Origin: Alphaproteobacteria bacterium
GTDB taxonomy: Bacteria; Pseudomonadota; Alphaproteobacteria; CAAHEQ01; UBA3637
Assembly (NCBI GenBank): GCA_017559525.1
Contig: JAFYRI010000004.1
Location: forward strand, 11,233-75,232
Direction of reading: 5' to 3'
Length of the DNA stretch: 64,000 bases
Shown: positions 10,459 to 18,906 of the stretch, piece after piece
Numbering within the stretch: position 1 is the first letter of the stretch
How the letters are laid out: every line of letters begins with the position of its first letter
Position numbers and translations under genes: made by a program
Notes under the pieces: model-generated
Told to the model about the DNA's origin: nothing
The model's input: the letters and a program-made list of their open reading frames with translations, nothing else
The model's database searches: none

Positions 10459-11171
10459 GAATGATATTGCTCCTCGGCTATAATCAAAGCTTCAGGTGTA
10501 TTTAAATTAAACCAAATACCATCATGAATGATATGGGCTAATTTACCTTTTGATTGGGCAATATCATATAAATCCCTAGAAGAAAAAGGGCCGGCAGGTG
10601 TATTTTCAAAAATACGAGGATGCATAATTTGAACTGACATAAAAAAGTATGGTGCTGTTTGCTCATCCGAACGAATGCGACGCAACTTACCATTTTCAAT
10701 AAAATAATTTCCTTTTTGCGTATCCCCTCTAGAGGCAGACATTGGGGCAATCGCCAACAAAATGTCCATTGTATTTGGATCCCAAGCATCTGCCATTGTT
10801 TTCATTAATGCCTCATTTGGTTCACTCCAAAGTGGATCACCATTTAAAACAAAGAAACCATTTTCTCCTCCTTTATCCAATAATAAGGGAAGGGCTTTTT
10901 TTACACCACCACCTGTTTCTAATGCTGTTTTTTCATCTGAAAAAGAAAATAGTGCATCTTTACGTTTAGATAAGACTTCTTTTATTTGTTCTCCTTTATA
11001 GCACGTATTTACAACAATATTATGAATACCATATGAAACAATATGATCAGTAATATGATTAATCATTTCACGCCCTTGAACTTTTAACAAAGGTTTTGGA
11101 GTTTCATCGGTCAATTCACGCATTCTGACACCACGGCCAGCAGCTAATATCATAGCGGTTTTGATTAACAT
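10455..11171 (-). CDS. murU: Nucleotidyltransferase, MurNAc-1-phosphate uridylyltransferase-like (MurU)
   Basis: N-terminal ILAAGRGVRM sugar-nucleotidyltransferase motif; conserved partner of the kinase gene upstream. Confidence 0.7.
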   Translation of the reverse strand: MLIKTAMILAAGRGVRMRELTDETPKPLLKVQGREMINHITDHIVSYGIHNIVVNTCYKGEQIKEVLSKRKDALFSFSDEKTALETGGGVKKALPLLLDKGGENGFFVLNGDPLWSEPNEALMKTMADAWDPNTMDILLAIAPMSASRGDTQKGNYFIENGKLRRIRSDEQTAPYFFMSVQIMHPRIFENTPAGPFSSRDLYDIAQSKGKLAHIIHDGIWFNLNTPEALIIAEEQYHS

Positions 11172-12190
11172 TACTTTTCCTTAGTCAAATCAATTTGTCT
11201 AAAATGTGATGGTATATATTTATCAATCCATGCTTTTAGACGTTCACACTCTGGCGCCTGCAAACAATTTTCAATCAGCGTCCAAACAAAAGGAACATAA
11301 CGCACATACTTATCTTTGCCATCTTTGAACCAATAGCGCGTAAACTGACCAACAACTTTAATATGGCGTTGCAACGCAACCAAATTACTTAAAGCACGAA
11401 TACGTGGAGTATTAAGCTCAGGAAATGCACTGAAATATAAATCCAACATTTCGTTTTTAATATCCGCTGGAACATAACGACGTTCATCTTCTAAAAGTGT
11501 CATAATATCATATGTAAAGGCAGTTTTGCGAATATCTTGGAAATCAATAACACCACATGTTTCATCAGGAGCTAAAATCAAATTATCCACATGATAATCA
11601 TACAGAGCATACCCTCTTGGAATTTCATTCATTTGACGAATTAAATCTCGCCAAATCGCTTCATATTCAGCCATTTCATCATCAGATAAATCAATTTTTG
11701 AGACATATTTTACAACCCATTGGGGCATCAAAAGAATATCCGCCATCATTTTTTCATCATCATAAATTTGTTCGTGTTCTTCTGGAATTGAAAATCCACT
11801 ATGCGTTTTAATTAAGCTTTTCGTTGCCATTTTATATAATTTTTGAGCATCATACCCCGCATCTAATAACCGTGTAAAACTATTATCGCCTAAATCTTCC
11901 AACAATAATAATCCATTATCAATATCTTCAGCATAAATTTTGGGAGAATGCACACCTAAATTATTTAAAATAGTATCAACCAAAATAAATCTATCTAATA
12001 AAACCAATTGAGCAGGTAAATAATTCTCTGGATTTTCTGGAGGAGGGGCATCCATTAAAACAGCTGTTTTTCCATCTTTTACAATACGATCATAACTACG
12101 CAAAGAAGCGTCACCAGCTAAAAAAGAGCGGGTAGAATCGGCCCAGCCAGCTTTTTTTAAAAATACTTCAATTACTTCACTTCTTGTCAT
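11171..12190 (-). CDS. amgK: Aminoglycoside-phosphotransferase-family kinase, anomeric MurNAc/GlcNAc kinase-like (AmgK)
   Basis: APH-fold motifs (HxD..N-type region YDYHVDNLIL, DFQD); adjacent to the murU-like gene as in the alphaproteobacterial tsaE-amgK-murU cluster. Confidence 0.7.
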   Translation of the reverse strand: MTRSEVIEVFLKKAGWADSTRSFLAGDASLRSYDRIVKDGKTAVLMDAPPPENPENYLPAQLVLLDRFILVDTILNNLGVHSPKIYAEDIDNGLLLLEDLGDNSFTRLLDAGYDAQKLYKMATKSLIKTHSGFSIPEEHEQIYDDEKMMADILLMPQWVVKYVSKIDLSDDEMAEYEAIWRDLIRQMNEIPRGYALYDYHVDNLILAPDETCGVIDFQDIRKTAFTYDIMTLLEDERRYVPADIKNEMLDLYFSAFPELNTPRIRALSNLVALQRHIKVVGQFTRYWFKDGKDKYVRYVPFVWTLIENCLQAPECERLKAWIDKYIPSHFRQIDLTKEK

Positions 12191-12603
12191 CCGTTCTCCT
12201 TAATAGTAATTATTCGACAATTATCTTTTACTTCAAAAAAGATATCTATATGTTTCTTAGGTAAAACACCTTTAATTTTATCTGGCCACTCGATAAAGGA
12301 AACACCTTCTGCAAAAGCATCTTCAATACCAATTTCATACGCTTCATCTGGTGATTTTAAACGGTACATATCAAAATGGTAAATATCAAAATTCGGTGTT
12401 TCATACGATTGTAATAATGTAAATGTTGGACTAGGAACTTCAATAGCATTTGTTAATGATAGAATGACGCCTCGAGTAAAGGCAGTTTTCCCAACACCTA
12501 ATGTTCCATGCAATGCGATAATATCACCTATTTTTAAAGTTTTTGCAAATTCTGAAGCAAACTGTAATGTTTCTTGTTCATTATGGGATATAAACACACT
12601 CAT
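12187..12603 (-). CDS. tsaE: tRNA threonylcarbamoyladenosine biosynthesis ATPase TsaE
   Basis: P-loop ALHGTLGVGKTAFTRG; 138 aa. Confidence 0.85.
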   Translation of the reverse strand: MSVFISHNEQETLQFASEFAKTLKIGDIIALHGTLGVGKTAFTRGVILSLTNAIEVPSPTFTLLQSYETPNFDIYHFDMYRLKSPDEAYEIGIEDAFAEGVSFIEWPDKIKGVLPKKHIDIFFEVKDNCRIITIKENG

Positions 12604-13568
12604 TTTAATAATCCTTTAAAAAAGCCACTTTTTGATGGAGTACTCAATGGGAGGTTAGATTGTCTGTATTCCCAAGGAGCAATGAATTTCCCATTCCAAA
12701 GCCCCTCATTTTTTTGACGAGCTTGCTGTTCGTATGGAACATATACATTAGATACTTTTCTATCTGCAACAGCCCACCCAACGGAAACCATTGTTGCACC
12801 TACGTCATATCCTTGAATTTCACAAATTGTATAGTATACCAAATCAGTATATGGTTTAACCAATTGACAAGATATATTCTTTTTTAATAATAATTTTTCC
12901 AATTTTTTCTTTGAAGTTCGACCACAAGCATATGTTTCACTACGTTTATTTAAACATTTCTGAGGCATATCTGGTGCATCAATTGCATACAATTTCAATT
13001 TCAAACCATTCATAATGAACGTTGTACCAGACAAAATCTTTGAAACTGTTCCTGTTAAAACTTGAGGTTGAGAGGACTGAGGCTCATTAACTAGCGTTTC
13101 AGGTTTTATCGTTGATGGTTCCAACATCTGATCAGATTGAGAAAAACCAAACATACTCTTAGCCTTACTCCACCAAGAAGGCGTATCATGAAGTTTACCA
13201 GGAATAGCAAAAGTTTGTTCCTTTACGTTAGAAAATGCTTCTGTTGTTGTTGAAACAGCTGTCTCACCTTTATTTAATAAAATGGTACACCCTCGAATAC
13301 ACAAGAGCACAAGCCCACCAATTAATAAAATAATGACAACTACCTTTACTAATGTTAAACCTGCGGCCAATGTCATTTTTGCTAAAAAAAACAAAAGAAA
13401 AAGAATAAAAATAATAGCTAGCATTCCTACAATAGTTGTTACAGTAGAACCAGTTTGGTATCCAAAATATCCGATAATAATAGAGCCCAGCAACATTGCC
13501 CATAAAGTAATTCGCAACAGCATAATACCTCCTGTTTTTCTTTTTATCATAGTATGAAATACTTTCAA
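12600..13568 (-). CDS. Membrane-anchored thermonuclease (SNase-like) family protein
   Basis: N-terminal multi-TM segment and C-terminal SNase-like region (LYAIDAPDMPQKC ... GLWNGKFIAPWEYR). Confidence 0.65.
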   Translation of the reverse strand: MKVFHTMIKRKTGGIMLLRITLWAMLLGSIIIGYFGYQTGSTVTTIVGMLAIIFILFLLFFLAKMTLAAGLTLVKVVVIILLIGGLVLLCIRGCTILLNKGETAVSTTTEAFSNVKEQTFAIPGKLHDTPSWWSKAKSMFGFSQSDQMLEPSTIKPETLVNEPQSSQPQVLTGTVSKILSGTTFIMNGLKLKLYAIDAPDMPQKCLNKRSETYACGRTSKKKLEKLLLKKNISCQLVKPYTDLVYYTICEIQGYDVGATMVSVGWAVADRKVSNVYVPYEQQARQKNEGLWNGKFIAPWEYRQSNLPLSTPSKSGFFKGLLK

Positions 13569-13697
13569 AAATCAATCTTTATTTTAATGCAAAATGTGGT
13601 TTTTTTATCCTTTTTGATAAAAAATGTTGACATTTATTTTAAAAAGGCTTATTTTTAAAGGTGTAAACGTTATGCTTGAATAGAGAAGGGGATGCCA

Positions 13698-14147
13698 ATG
13701 GAATTCATTCATAACCGTGATAAAAATAGCATCAGTATTATGAATGCTGAAAGACAACTAATTTTAAAAATAAGTGGTTTTCCTTTACTTTCTTTTAAAC
13801 AACGCAATGGATGGTTTTTAGCTTGCGGAAAAGAAACTATGCGAATAGATATCAACTCCCATGAAAATAATGGTGTATCATTGGATGTTTTTTATGACAA
13901 AAAACATATTCTTTCTTTCATGTCTGAAACACCTGAACGATCCGCTTATTTAGCAATTTATGAAGAATTACCTTCCTTAATAGTAATACCACAAAAATCA
14001 GAAATTCAAAAAAATAAATGGTTTTTTATGGATTATAGAAGTCAATTAGAAGAAGATGGTGCCTCCAAAAAAAATCGACCACGAAAAATAAAACACATAA
14101 TGCGTCCAATAAAAGATTGTAAAAAAGCTCGCTTTCGCGAGCTATAA
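13698..14147 (+). CDS. Hypothetical protein
   Basis: ORF with GAAGGGG RBS 6 nt upstream of the ATG at 13698; TTGACA-17-TATTTT promoter-like element about 13626-13654; no recognisable domain. Confidence 0.35.
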   Translation: MEFIHNRDKNSISIMNAERQLILKISGFPLLSFKQRNGWFLACGKETMRIDINSHENNGVSLDVFYDKKHILSFMSETPERSAYLAIYEELPSLIVIPQKSEIQKNKWFFMDYRSQLEEDGASKKNRPRKIKHIMRPIKDCKKARFREL

Positions 14148-14164
14148 TTTTTTAAAGTTTTGAT

Positions 14165-14629
14165 TTAATTTATATCTTTATCTTGTTGTTTTTTAGCTTT
14201 TTCGCGATAAAGTGTCGCAAAATCTATAGGATTAATTTGTAATGGTGGTAATCCAGCTTCACGAGTTACATTAGCGACAATGGCTCTAGCATATGGGAAT
14301 AACATATGGGGAATTTGAACAATCAATACAGGTTCCAAATGTTCTGCAGGAACATCAGCCATTACTAAAGCGCCATATAACAATTCGCAAATAAAAATTT
14401 CACGATTATCATCAGGGCGTTTAGCTGTTCCTTTAATATGTAAATCAACTGAAAATAATTTAGCATCATCCATTTTATTAACTCGCACATCAATATCAAC
14501 TGAAATAGCGGGTGCATTTTTTAAATCTACCAATATTTGTGGCATAGCAGGTGCTTCAAAAGATAAATCTTTGATATATTGACTGATAATTTGAACGGAA
14601 AGTGGTTGATTGTTTTCATTTTTTGTCAT
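14165..14629 (-). CDS. secB: Protein-export chaperone SecB
   Basis: 154 aa; typical SecB N-terminus (QIISQYIKDLSFEAP) and length. Confidence 0.85.
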   Translation of the reverse strand: MTKNENNQPLSVQIISQYIKDLSFEAPAMPQILVDLKNAPAISVDIDVRVNKMDDAKLFSVDLHIKGTAKRPDDNREIFICELLYGALVMADVPAEHLEPVLIVQIPHMLFPYARAIVANVTREAGLPPLQINPIDFATLYREKAKKQQDKDIN

Positions 14630-14720
14630 TTTTAAAAATTCCTCTTGAAAAAAAATTGATTATCGGCTTATATATATAAAGTTATTTTTTAAAAATGTAA
14701 AGTAAAAAAGGAATAAAGAT

Positions 14721-15290
14721 ATGTCCCCAGAATATATTGGATTATTATTAATTATTGGTTACTTTGGTTGGAGATTATTTAGTTCGATAGGAAAAGATGA
14801 AATTTCAAAAAAAATAGCATTAAGTAATATCAAAGAAACTACGGTATCATCAAATGCAGTACCTCATACAAAAAAAACTCAAACTATTTGGAATGATGAA
14901 GAATTTTTACAAGGGGCTAAAATCGCTTTTCATATGATTTCCTCAGCCTTTTCAACAGGAAAGAAAAAAGAGTTAAAAATTATGTTGGCTCCTCAGGTAT
15001 ATGAAACTTTTGTTAGTGAAATCGAAGAACGAGAAAACAAAAAACAATCTTTGGATTTCTCTCTTATTTGCATAAATTCTGCTAAAATTTTAAAAAAAAC
15101 AGAAGCAATGCGAGAAGTTACAGTTCAATTTGTTTCTGAACAAGTTAATATTCTGAAGGACGAAAGCGGTAAAGCCATAGAAGGAGATCCTTTAAATATT
15201 TCTGTTATGTGTGATACCTGGACATTCCGTAAAAAGAAAAATGATACCTGGATTGTTTGTGCAACTAAAAGTGAGGCCGCACATGCATAA
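14721..15290 (+). CDS. Tim44-like domain protein
   Basis: N-terminal TM followed by a Tim44-like C-terminal domain; conserved neighbour of secB and mltA in Rhizobiales. Confidence 0.65.
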   Translation: MSPEYIGLLLIIGYFGWRLFSSIGKDEISKKIALSNIKETTVSSNAVPHTKKTQTIWNDEEFLQGAKIAFHMISSAFSTGKKKELKIMLAPQVYETFVSEIEERENKKQSLDFSLICINSAKILKKTEAMREVTVQFVSEQVNILKDESGKAIEGDPLNISVMCDTWTFRKKKNDTWIVCATKSEAAHA

Positions 15291-16299
15291 AATTTTGATG
15301 GCAAGTGTTGGCATTTTATTTTTGTTAAGTGGCTGTAGCAGTCATAATCTATCAAAGGGACGTTCTTTTTCACTATCAGAGAGCTCTTTTTCTGATCTGA
15401 AAGGCTGGACAGATGATAATTTTAGAGAAGCAATGCCAGCATTATTGCAATCTTGTAAAAAAGCTAGCAATGAATGGCATTCTTTTTGTAGAGGATTATA
15501 TGCTTATAGGTTTTCATCAGCTTCAAAAGTGAGAAAATATTTAGAAGATAATTTACAACCATACGCAGTTACGTCTTATGGAACTGATACAGGAAAAATC
15601 ACAGGATATTATGAAGCTGAATTAACGGGTAGCCGCTCAAGAAAAAATAATACACAGGTGCCCGTTTATGGAGTACCAAGAGGTTATAAAAATGGTGATA
15701 AATTAGAAACACGAGAAGATATTGAAGATACTGTAAATTATGCTCCAATTATCGCATGGGCTGACGATCCGGTTGAGTTATTTATCTTACAAGTACAAGG
15801 TTCAGGACGCATGCAAACACCTGAAGGTGAAATTAAACTAGGATATGCAGGAAACAATGGTCATACATTCAAACACTTAAGTCAAATTTTACGAGATGAA
15901 GGTATAAAACCACAGGGTGGATATTCTATGCCTGCCATGAAACAATGGTTACAAGAAAATCCGAAAAAAGCACGTCGATTAATGGCCAAAAATCCAAGAT
16001 ATATCTTTTTTAAAGAAGTACAAGGTGATTCACCTTATGGTTCTGCTGGTGTTGTTTTAACTCCGAAACGGTCGGTTGCTGTTGATAAAAACTATGTGCC
16101 AATGCACACTCCATTATGGTTGGAAAGTAAAGCGCCTAATGGAAATAATCTCAATCGTTTAGTCATTGCTCAGGATGTCGGTAATGCGATTACAGGTGGT
16201 ATTCGGGCGGACTTTTTCTGGGGACATGGTGATGAAGCATTTGAAAGTGCTGGAAAAATGAATAGCCGTGGAAAATATTATTTGTTATTACCAAAATAG
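15283..16299 (+). CDS. mltA: Membrane-bound lytic murein transglycosylase A
   Basis: Lipoprotein signal MHKILMASVGILFLLSGCSS; MltA 3D-domain motifs; start chosen at 15283 (GAGG RBS), overlapping the upstream stop. Confidence 0.8.
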   Translation: MHKILMASVGILFLLSGCSSHNLSKGRSFSLSESSFSDLKGWTDDNFREAMPALLQSCKKASNEWHSFCRGLYAYRFSSASKVRKYLEDNLQPYAVTSYGTDTGKITGYYEAELTGSRSRKNNTQVPVYGVPRGYKNGDKLETREDIEDTVNYAPIIAWADDPVELFILQVQGSGRMQTPEGEIKLGYAGNNGHTFKHLSQILRDEGIKPQGGYSMPAMKQWLQENPKKARRLMAKNPRYIFFKEVQGDSPYGSAGVVLTPKRSVAVDKNYVPMHTPLWLESKAPNGNNLNRLVIAQDVGNAITGGIRADFFWGHGDEAFESAGKMNSRGKYYLLLPK

Positions 16300-16306
16300 G
16301 CGATCT

Positions 16307-16696
16307 ATGAACGATTTATCTTTATGGGAAGAGTTAAAAAAGACTATTGTGCCATTGGCTAAACGTGGCATAAATGCGATTGCCCATAAAGAATTACCTC
16401 CACGGTTGCGTGTCAGACGTGTGCCATCACCTGAAATATCATATACATTGAATTTACATGGTATGACTGTTGCCGAAAGCTATGATGCCGTTAAGAATTT
16501 TCTGATACGTCATCAAAATTTGGGGTCTAAAAAAGTGACTGTTATCACTGGTAAAGGGCTAAAACAGGTAGGGGCAATAAAAAAAGAAATCATTTTATGG
16601 TTTGATACACCGGTATTTAAGAATAAAATAGCGTCTTATTCTTGGAAAAATGATGGGGGCGCATTGGATATTGTCTTAAAAAGGATAAAAAAATGA
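16307..16696 (+). CDS. Smr-domain protein
   Basis: C-terminal Smr domain (LNLHGMTVAESY ... VITGKG); start at 16307 avoids overlap with mltA. Confidence 0.7.
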   Translation: MNDLSLWEELKKTIVPLAKRGINAIAHKELPPRLRVRRVPSPEISYTLNLHGMTVAESYDAVKNFLIRHQNLGSKKVTVITGKGLKQVGAIKKEIILWFDTPVFKNKIASYSWKNDGGALDIVLKRIKK

Positions 16697-17721
16697 CAGA
16701 ACAAATTGTAATGGGAATTGAATCAAGTTGTGATGAAACGGCTTGCGCTTTGGTAAATGATAAAGGTGAAATCTTGTCATCTGTCGTATGGTCGCAATAT
16801 GATGAACATCGTCGTTTTGGTGGCGTTGTACCGGAAATTGCGGCACGCGCTCATTTGGAAAAATGCGACGTGTTAATTAAAGAAGCATTGGATAAAGCCG
16901 GTAAAACCTTTGGTGATTTATCTGCAGTTGCCGTTGCGGCCGGACCAGGATTAATTGGTGGCGTATTAGTCGGCGTTATGACGGCGAAAGCCATTGCTTT
17001 TTGCCACAATTTACCTTTTATTGCCGTTAATCATTTAGAAGGACACGCCTTAACAGCGCGTCTTTCACATCCAGTACAATTTCCGTATTTGTTATTGTTA
17101 ACATCAGGTGGGCATTGTCAGGTTCTAATTGTTGAAGGTGTTGGAAAATACAAAAAATTAGGGGTCACTATTGATGATTCGGCCGGTGAAGCCTTTGATA
17201 AAGTAGCAAAAATGTTGGATATCGGCTATCCAGGTGGTCCGAATTTAGAAAAACGAGCAAAACTGGGAGATCCCAAACGTTTTCAATTTCCTGTGCCAAT
17301 GAGAGGGAGAGCAGGGTGCGATTTTTCATTTTCAGGATTAAAAACATCTGTACGTGTATGCATTGAACGTCAAGAAAATTTAACTGAACAAGATAAAAAT
17401 GATATCTGCGCTAGTTTTCAATTGGCTGTTATTAAGCAAGTAGAAGACCGATTGAAAAATGCTATTCAAACATTTAAAGAAATGTATCCAGATACGAAAG
17501 ATTTAGTCGTTGCCGGTGGTGTAGCAGCCAATACAGCCTTAAGAACAAAATTACAAGAAATTGCCGATAAAAATAAACTGATTTTTTCGGCCCCTCCTAT
17601 CCATTTATGTACAGATAACGGCGTGATGATTGCTTGGGCGGGAATGGAACGCCATAAACAAGGATTACATGATACCTTTGATTTTAAAGCACGCCCCAGA
17701 TGGCCTTTAGATACATTGTAA
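16693..17721 (+). CDS. tsaD: tRNA N6-adenosine threonylcarbamoyltransferase TsaD
   Basis: MGIESSCDETA N-terminus with HLEGH motif; 342 aa. Confidence 0.9.
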   Translation: MTEQIVMGIESSCDETACALVNDKGEILSSVVWSQYDEHRRFGGVVPEIAARAHLEKCDVLIKEALDKAGKTFGDLSAVAVAAGPGLIGGVLVGVMTAKAIAFCHNLPFIAVNHLEGHALTARLSHPVQFPYLLLLTSGGHCQVLIVEGVGKYKKLGVTIDDSAGEAFDKVAKMLDIGYPGGPNLEKRAKLGDPKRFQFPVPMRGRAGCDFSFSGLKTSVRVCIERQENLTEQDKNDICASFQLAVIKQVEDRLKNAIQTFKEMYPDTKDLVVAGGVAANTALRTKLQEIADKNKLIFSAPPIHLCTDNGVMIAWAGMERHKQGLHDTFDFKARPRWPLDTL

Positions 17722-17728
17722 AAAGTGC

Positions 17729-17757
17729 TTGACAGCAAAAAGGAAACGCCCTATATT
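17729..17757 (+). promoter_or_regulatory. Sigma70 promoter TTGACA-17-TATATT upstream of trxA
   Basis: -35 TTGACA at 17729-17734, 17-nt spacer, -10 TATATT at 17752-17757; AGGAG RBS before the ATG at 17783. Confidence 0.6.
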
Positions 17758-17782
17758 CTTAAAAACAGAAAGGAGAAAACAC

Positions 17783-18097
17783 ATGCAAATCGTTAATGAT
17801 AATAATTTTGAAGCCGAAGTTTTGAATGCCTCAACACCGGTTTTGGTTGATTTTTTTGCCACATGGTGTGGACCTTGCCGTCAAATGTTACCATTGGTTG
17901 ATGAAATCGCTGATGAAATGGCTGGTAAGATTAAAATCGTTAAAATGGATGTAGATGAAGCTCCAAAAACACCAGAAGATTATGATATTCAAACATTACC
18001 GACTTTGATTTTGTTTAAAGATGGAAAAGTGATTGATACAAAAACGGGCCCACAAATGAAATCTCAAATAATTGAATGGATTAATTCAAAAATTTAA
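17783..18097 (+). CDS. trxA: Thioredoxin
   Basis: WCGPC active site; 104 aa from the RBS-supported ATG (the longer track start at 17729 overlaps the promoter). Confidence 0.9.
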   Translation: MQIVNDNNFEAEVLNASTPVLVDFFATWCGPCRQMLPLVDEIADEMAGKIKIVKMDVDEAPKTPEDYDIQTLPTLILFKDGKVIDTKTGPQMKSQIIEWINSKI

Positions 18098-18119
18098 AGT
18101 TATACTTTATCATATTTTT

Positions 18120-18143
18120 GCCCGTCTTTGGCGGGCTTTTTTA
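18120..18143 (+). terminator. Rho-independent terminator after trxA
   Basis: GCCCGTCTTTGGCGGGC hairpin followed by a T6 run. Confidence 0.7.
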
Positions 18144-18226
18144 TATCGACTTTTATTCACTTGATAAGTTTATGAACTAAGCCCACTTGTATTTATATGT
18201 AGGGAAACAATGCTTGTGGGGACGAC

Positions 18227-18349
18227 ATGAAAATAACCATTTTACGAGATATTTACCGAAAAAGACACTCTCGCCGTTGGAAAAAACGCTTAAAAATTTA
18301 TGCCTTTATTTTACTGATTTTATTAATCGCCATTATTATGGTGGCTTAA
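18227..18349 (+). CDS. Possible 40-aa basic, tail-anchored micro-protein (MKITILRDIYRKRHSRRWKKRLKIYAFILLILLIAIIMVA)
   Basis: Alternative frame to the 76-aa track ORF; strongly basic N-terminus plus hydrophobic C-terminus; no clear RBS. Confidence 0.25.
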   Translation: MKITILRDIYRKRHSRRWKKRLKIYAFILLILLIAIIMVA

Positions 18350-18439
18350 AAAAGATACTCTACCAAATAATCCTTGAAAAATACCATCAAATGTGCTACG
18401 GATTGAATATATTTTAATGAAATAGAAAGGAATAATTAG

Positions 18440-18892
18440 ATGACTGCTACGAAAATACCATTTGTAGAGAATAATGGGATGGTAAGTTTTAACACTAAAG
18501 GTACAAATCGTAGAACTTTTAGTGTAAGCCATGATGATAGAGTAGGTTTTTATAAAACATGCGCACAAACAAATGCTGCGATAGTAGGGGTGCAATCTCC
18601 ATCTTCATTCGGTGTTTCTCATTATACTATTCAATTTCGTAATGAAAAAGAAGAGAAAAAATTTTCAAAATTGTTGCAAAGAAATACAGAGGGTTATCTT
18701 TATTCGTTCTTAACCAATAAATATGGACTTTGTTTTGTATCAGGATTAGCATGGTTCACCGTGGGTTTTTTAATGAGCACAACCAGAAAGTCAAAGGATA
18801 ATGATGCTCGCCCAGTTCCTCAAATCCAAAAAATAACAGATCAAAAGAAGTCGCCAGCACAAGACACATCTCGTGGTGCAAGAACAGAATAA
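18440..18892 (+). CDS. Tail-anchored hypothetical protein carrying the conserved C-terminal QKITDQKK...DTSRGARTE module (family member A)
   Basis: AAAGGAA RBS; predicted TM GLCFVSGLAWFTVGFLMSTT then tail PVPQIQKITDQKKSPAQDTSRGARTE at the C-terminus. Confidence 0.55.
   Translation: MTATKIPFVENNGMVSFNTKGTNRRTFSVSHDDRVGFYKTCAQTNAAIVGVQSPSSFGVSHYTIQFRNEKEEKKFSKLLQRNTEGYLYSFLTNKYGLCFVSGLAWFTVGFLMSTTRKSKDNDARPVPQIQKITDQKKSPAQDTSRGARTE
18818..18892 (+). repeat. Dispersed ~75-bp repeat encoding the conserved C-terminal tail (copy 1 of 4)
   Basis: Shares a 32-nt identical block (cctcaaatccaaaaaataacagatcaaaagaa) and tctcgtggtgcaaga with copy 2; the same motif occurs reverse-complemented at 33571 and 34811. 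Confidence 0.8.
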
Positions 18893-18906
18893 AGGAAAGT
18901 GTTATT

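Noticed and set aside
17729-17782. Extended N-terminus of thioredoxin (MTAKRKRPIFLKTERRKH...)
   Set aside because: This stretch overlaps a consensus TTGACA-17-TATATT promoter, and the downstream ATG at 17783 has an AGGAG RBS; the shorter start gives a canonical 104-aa TrxA.
18187-18417. 76-aa plus-strand ORF after trxA
   Set aside because: No RBS, odd composition, and it begins inside the trxA terminator region; the alternative 40-aa frame (18227..18349) is listed instead, also at low confidence.
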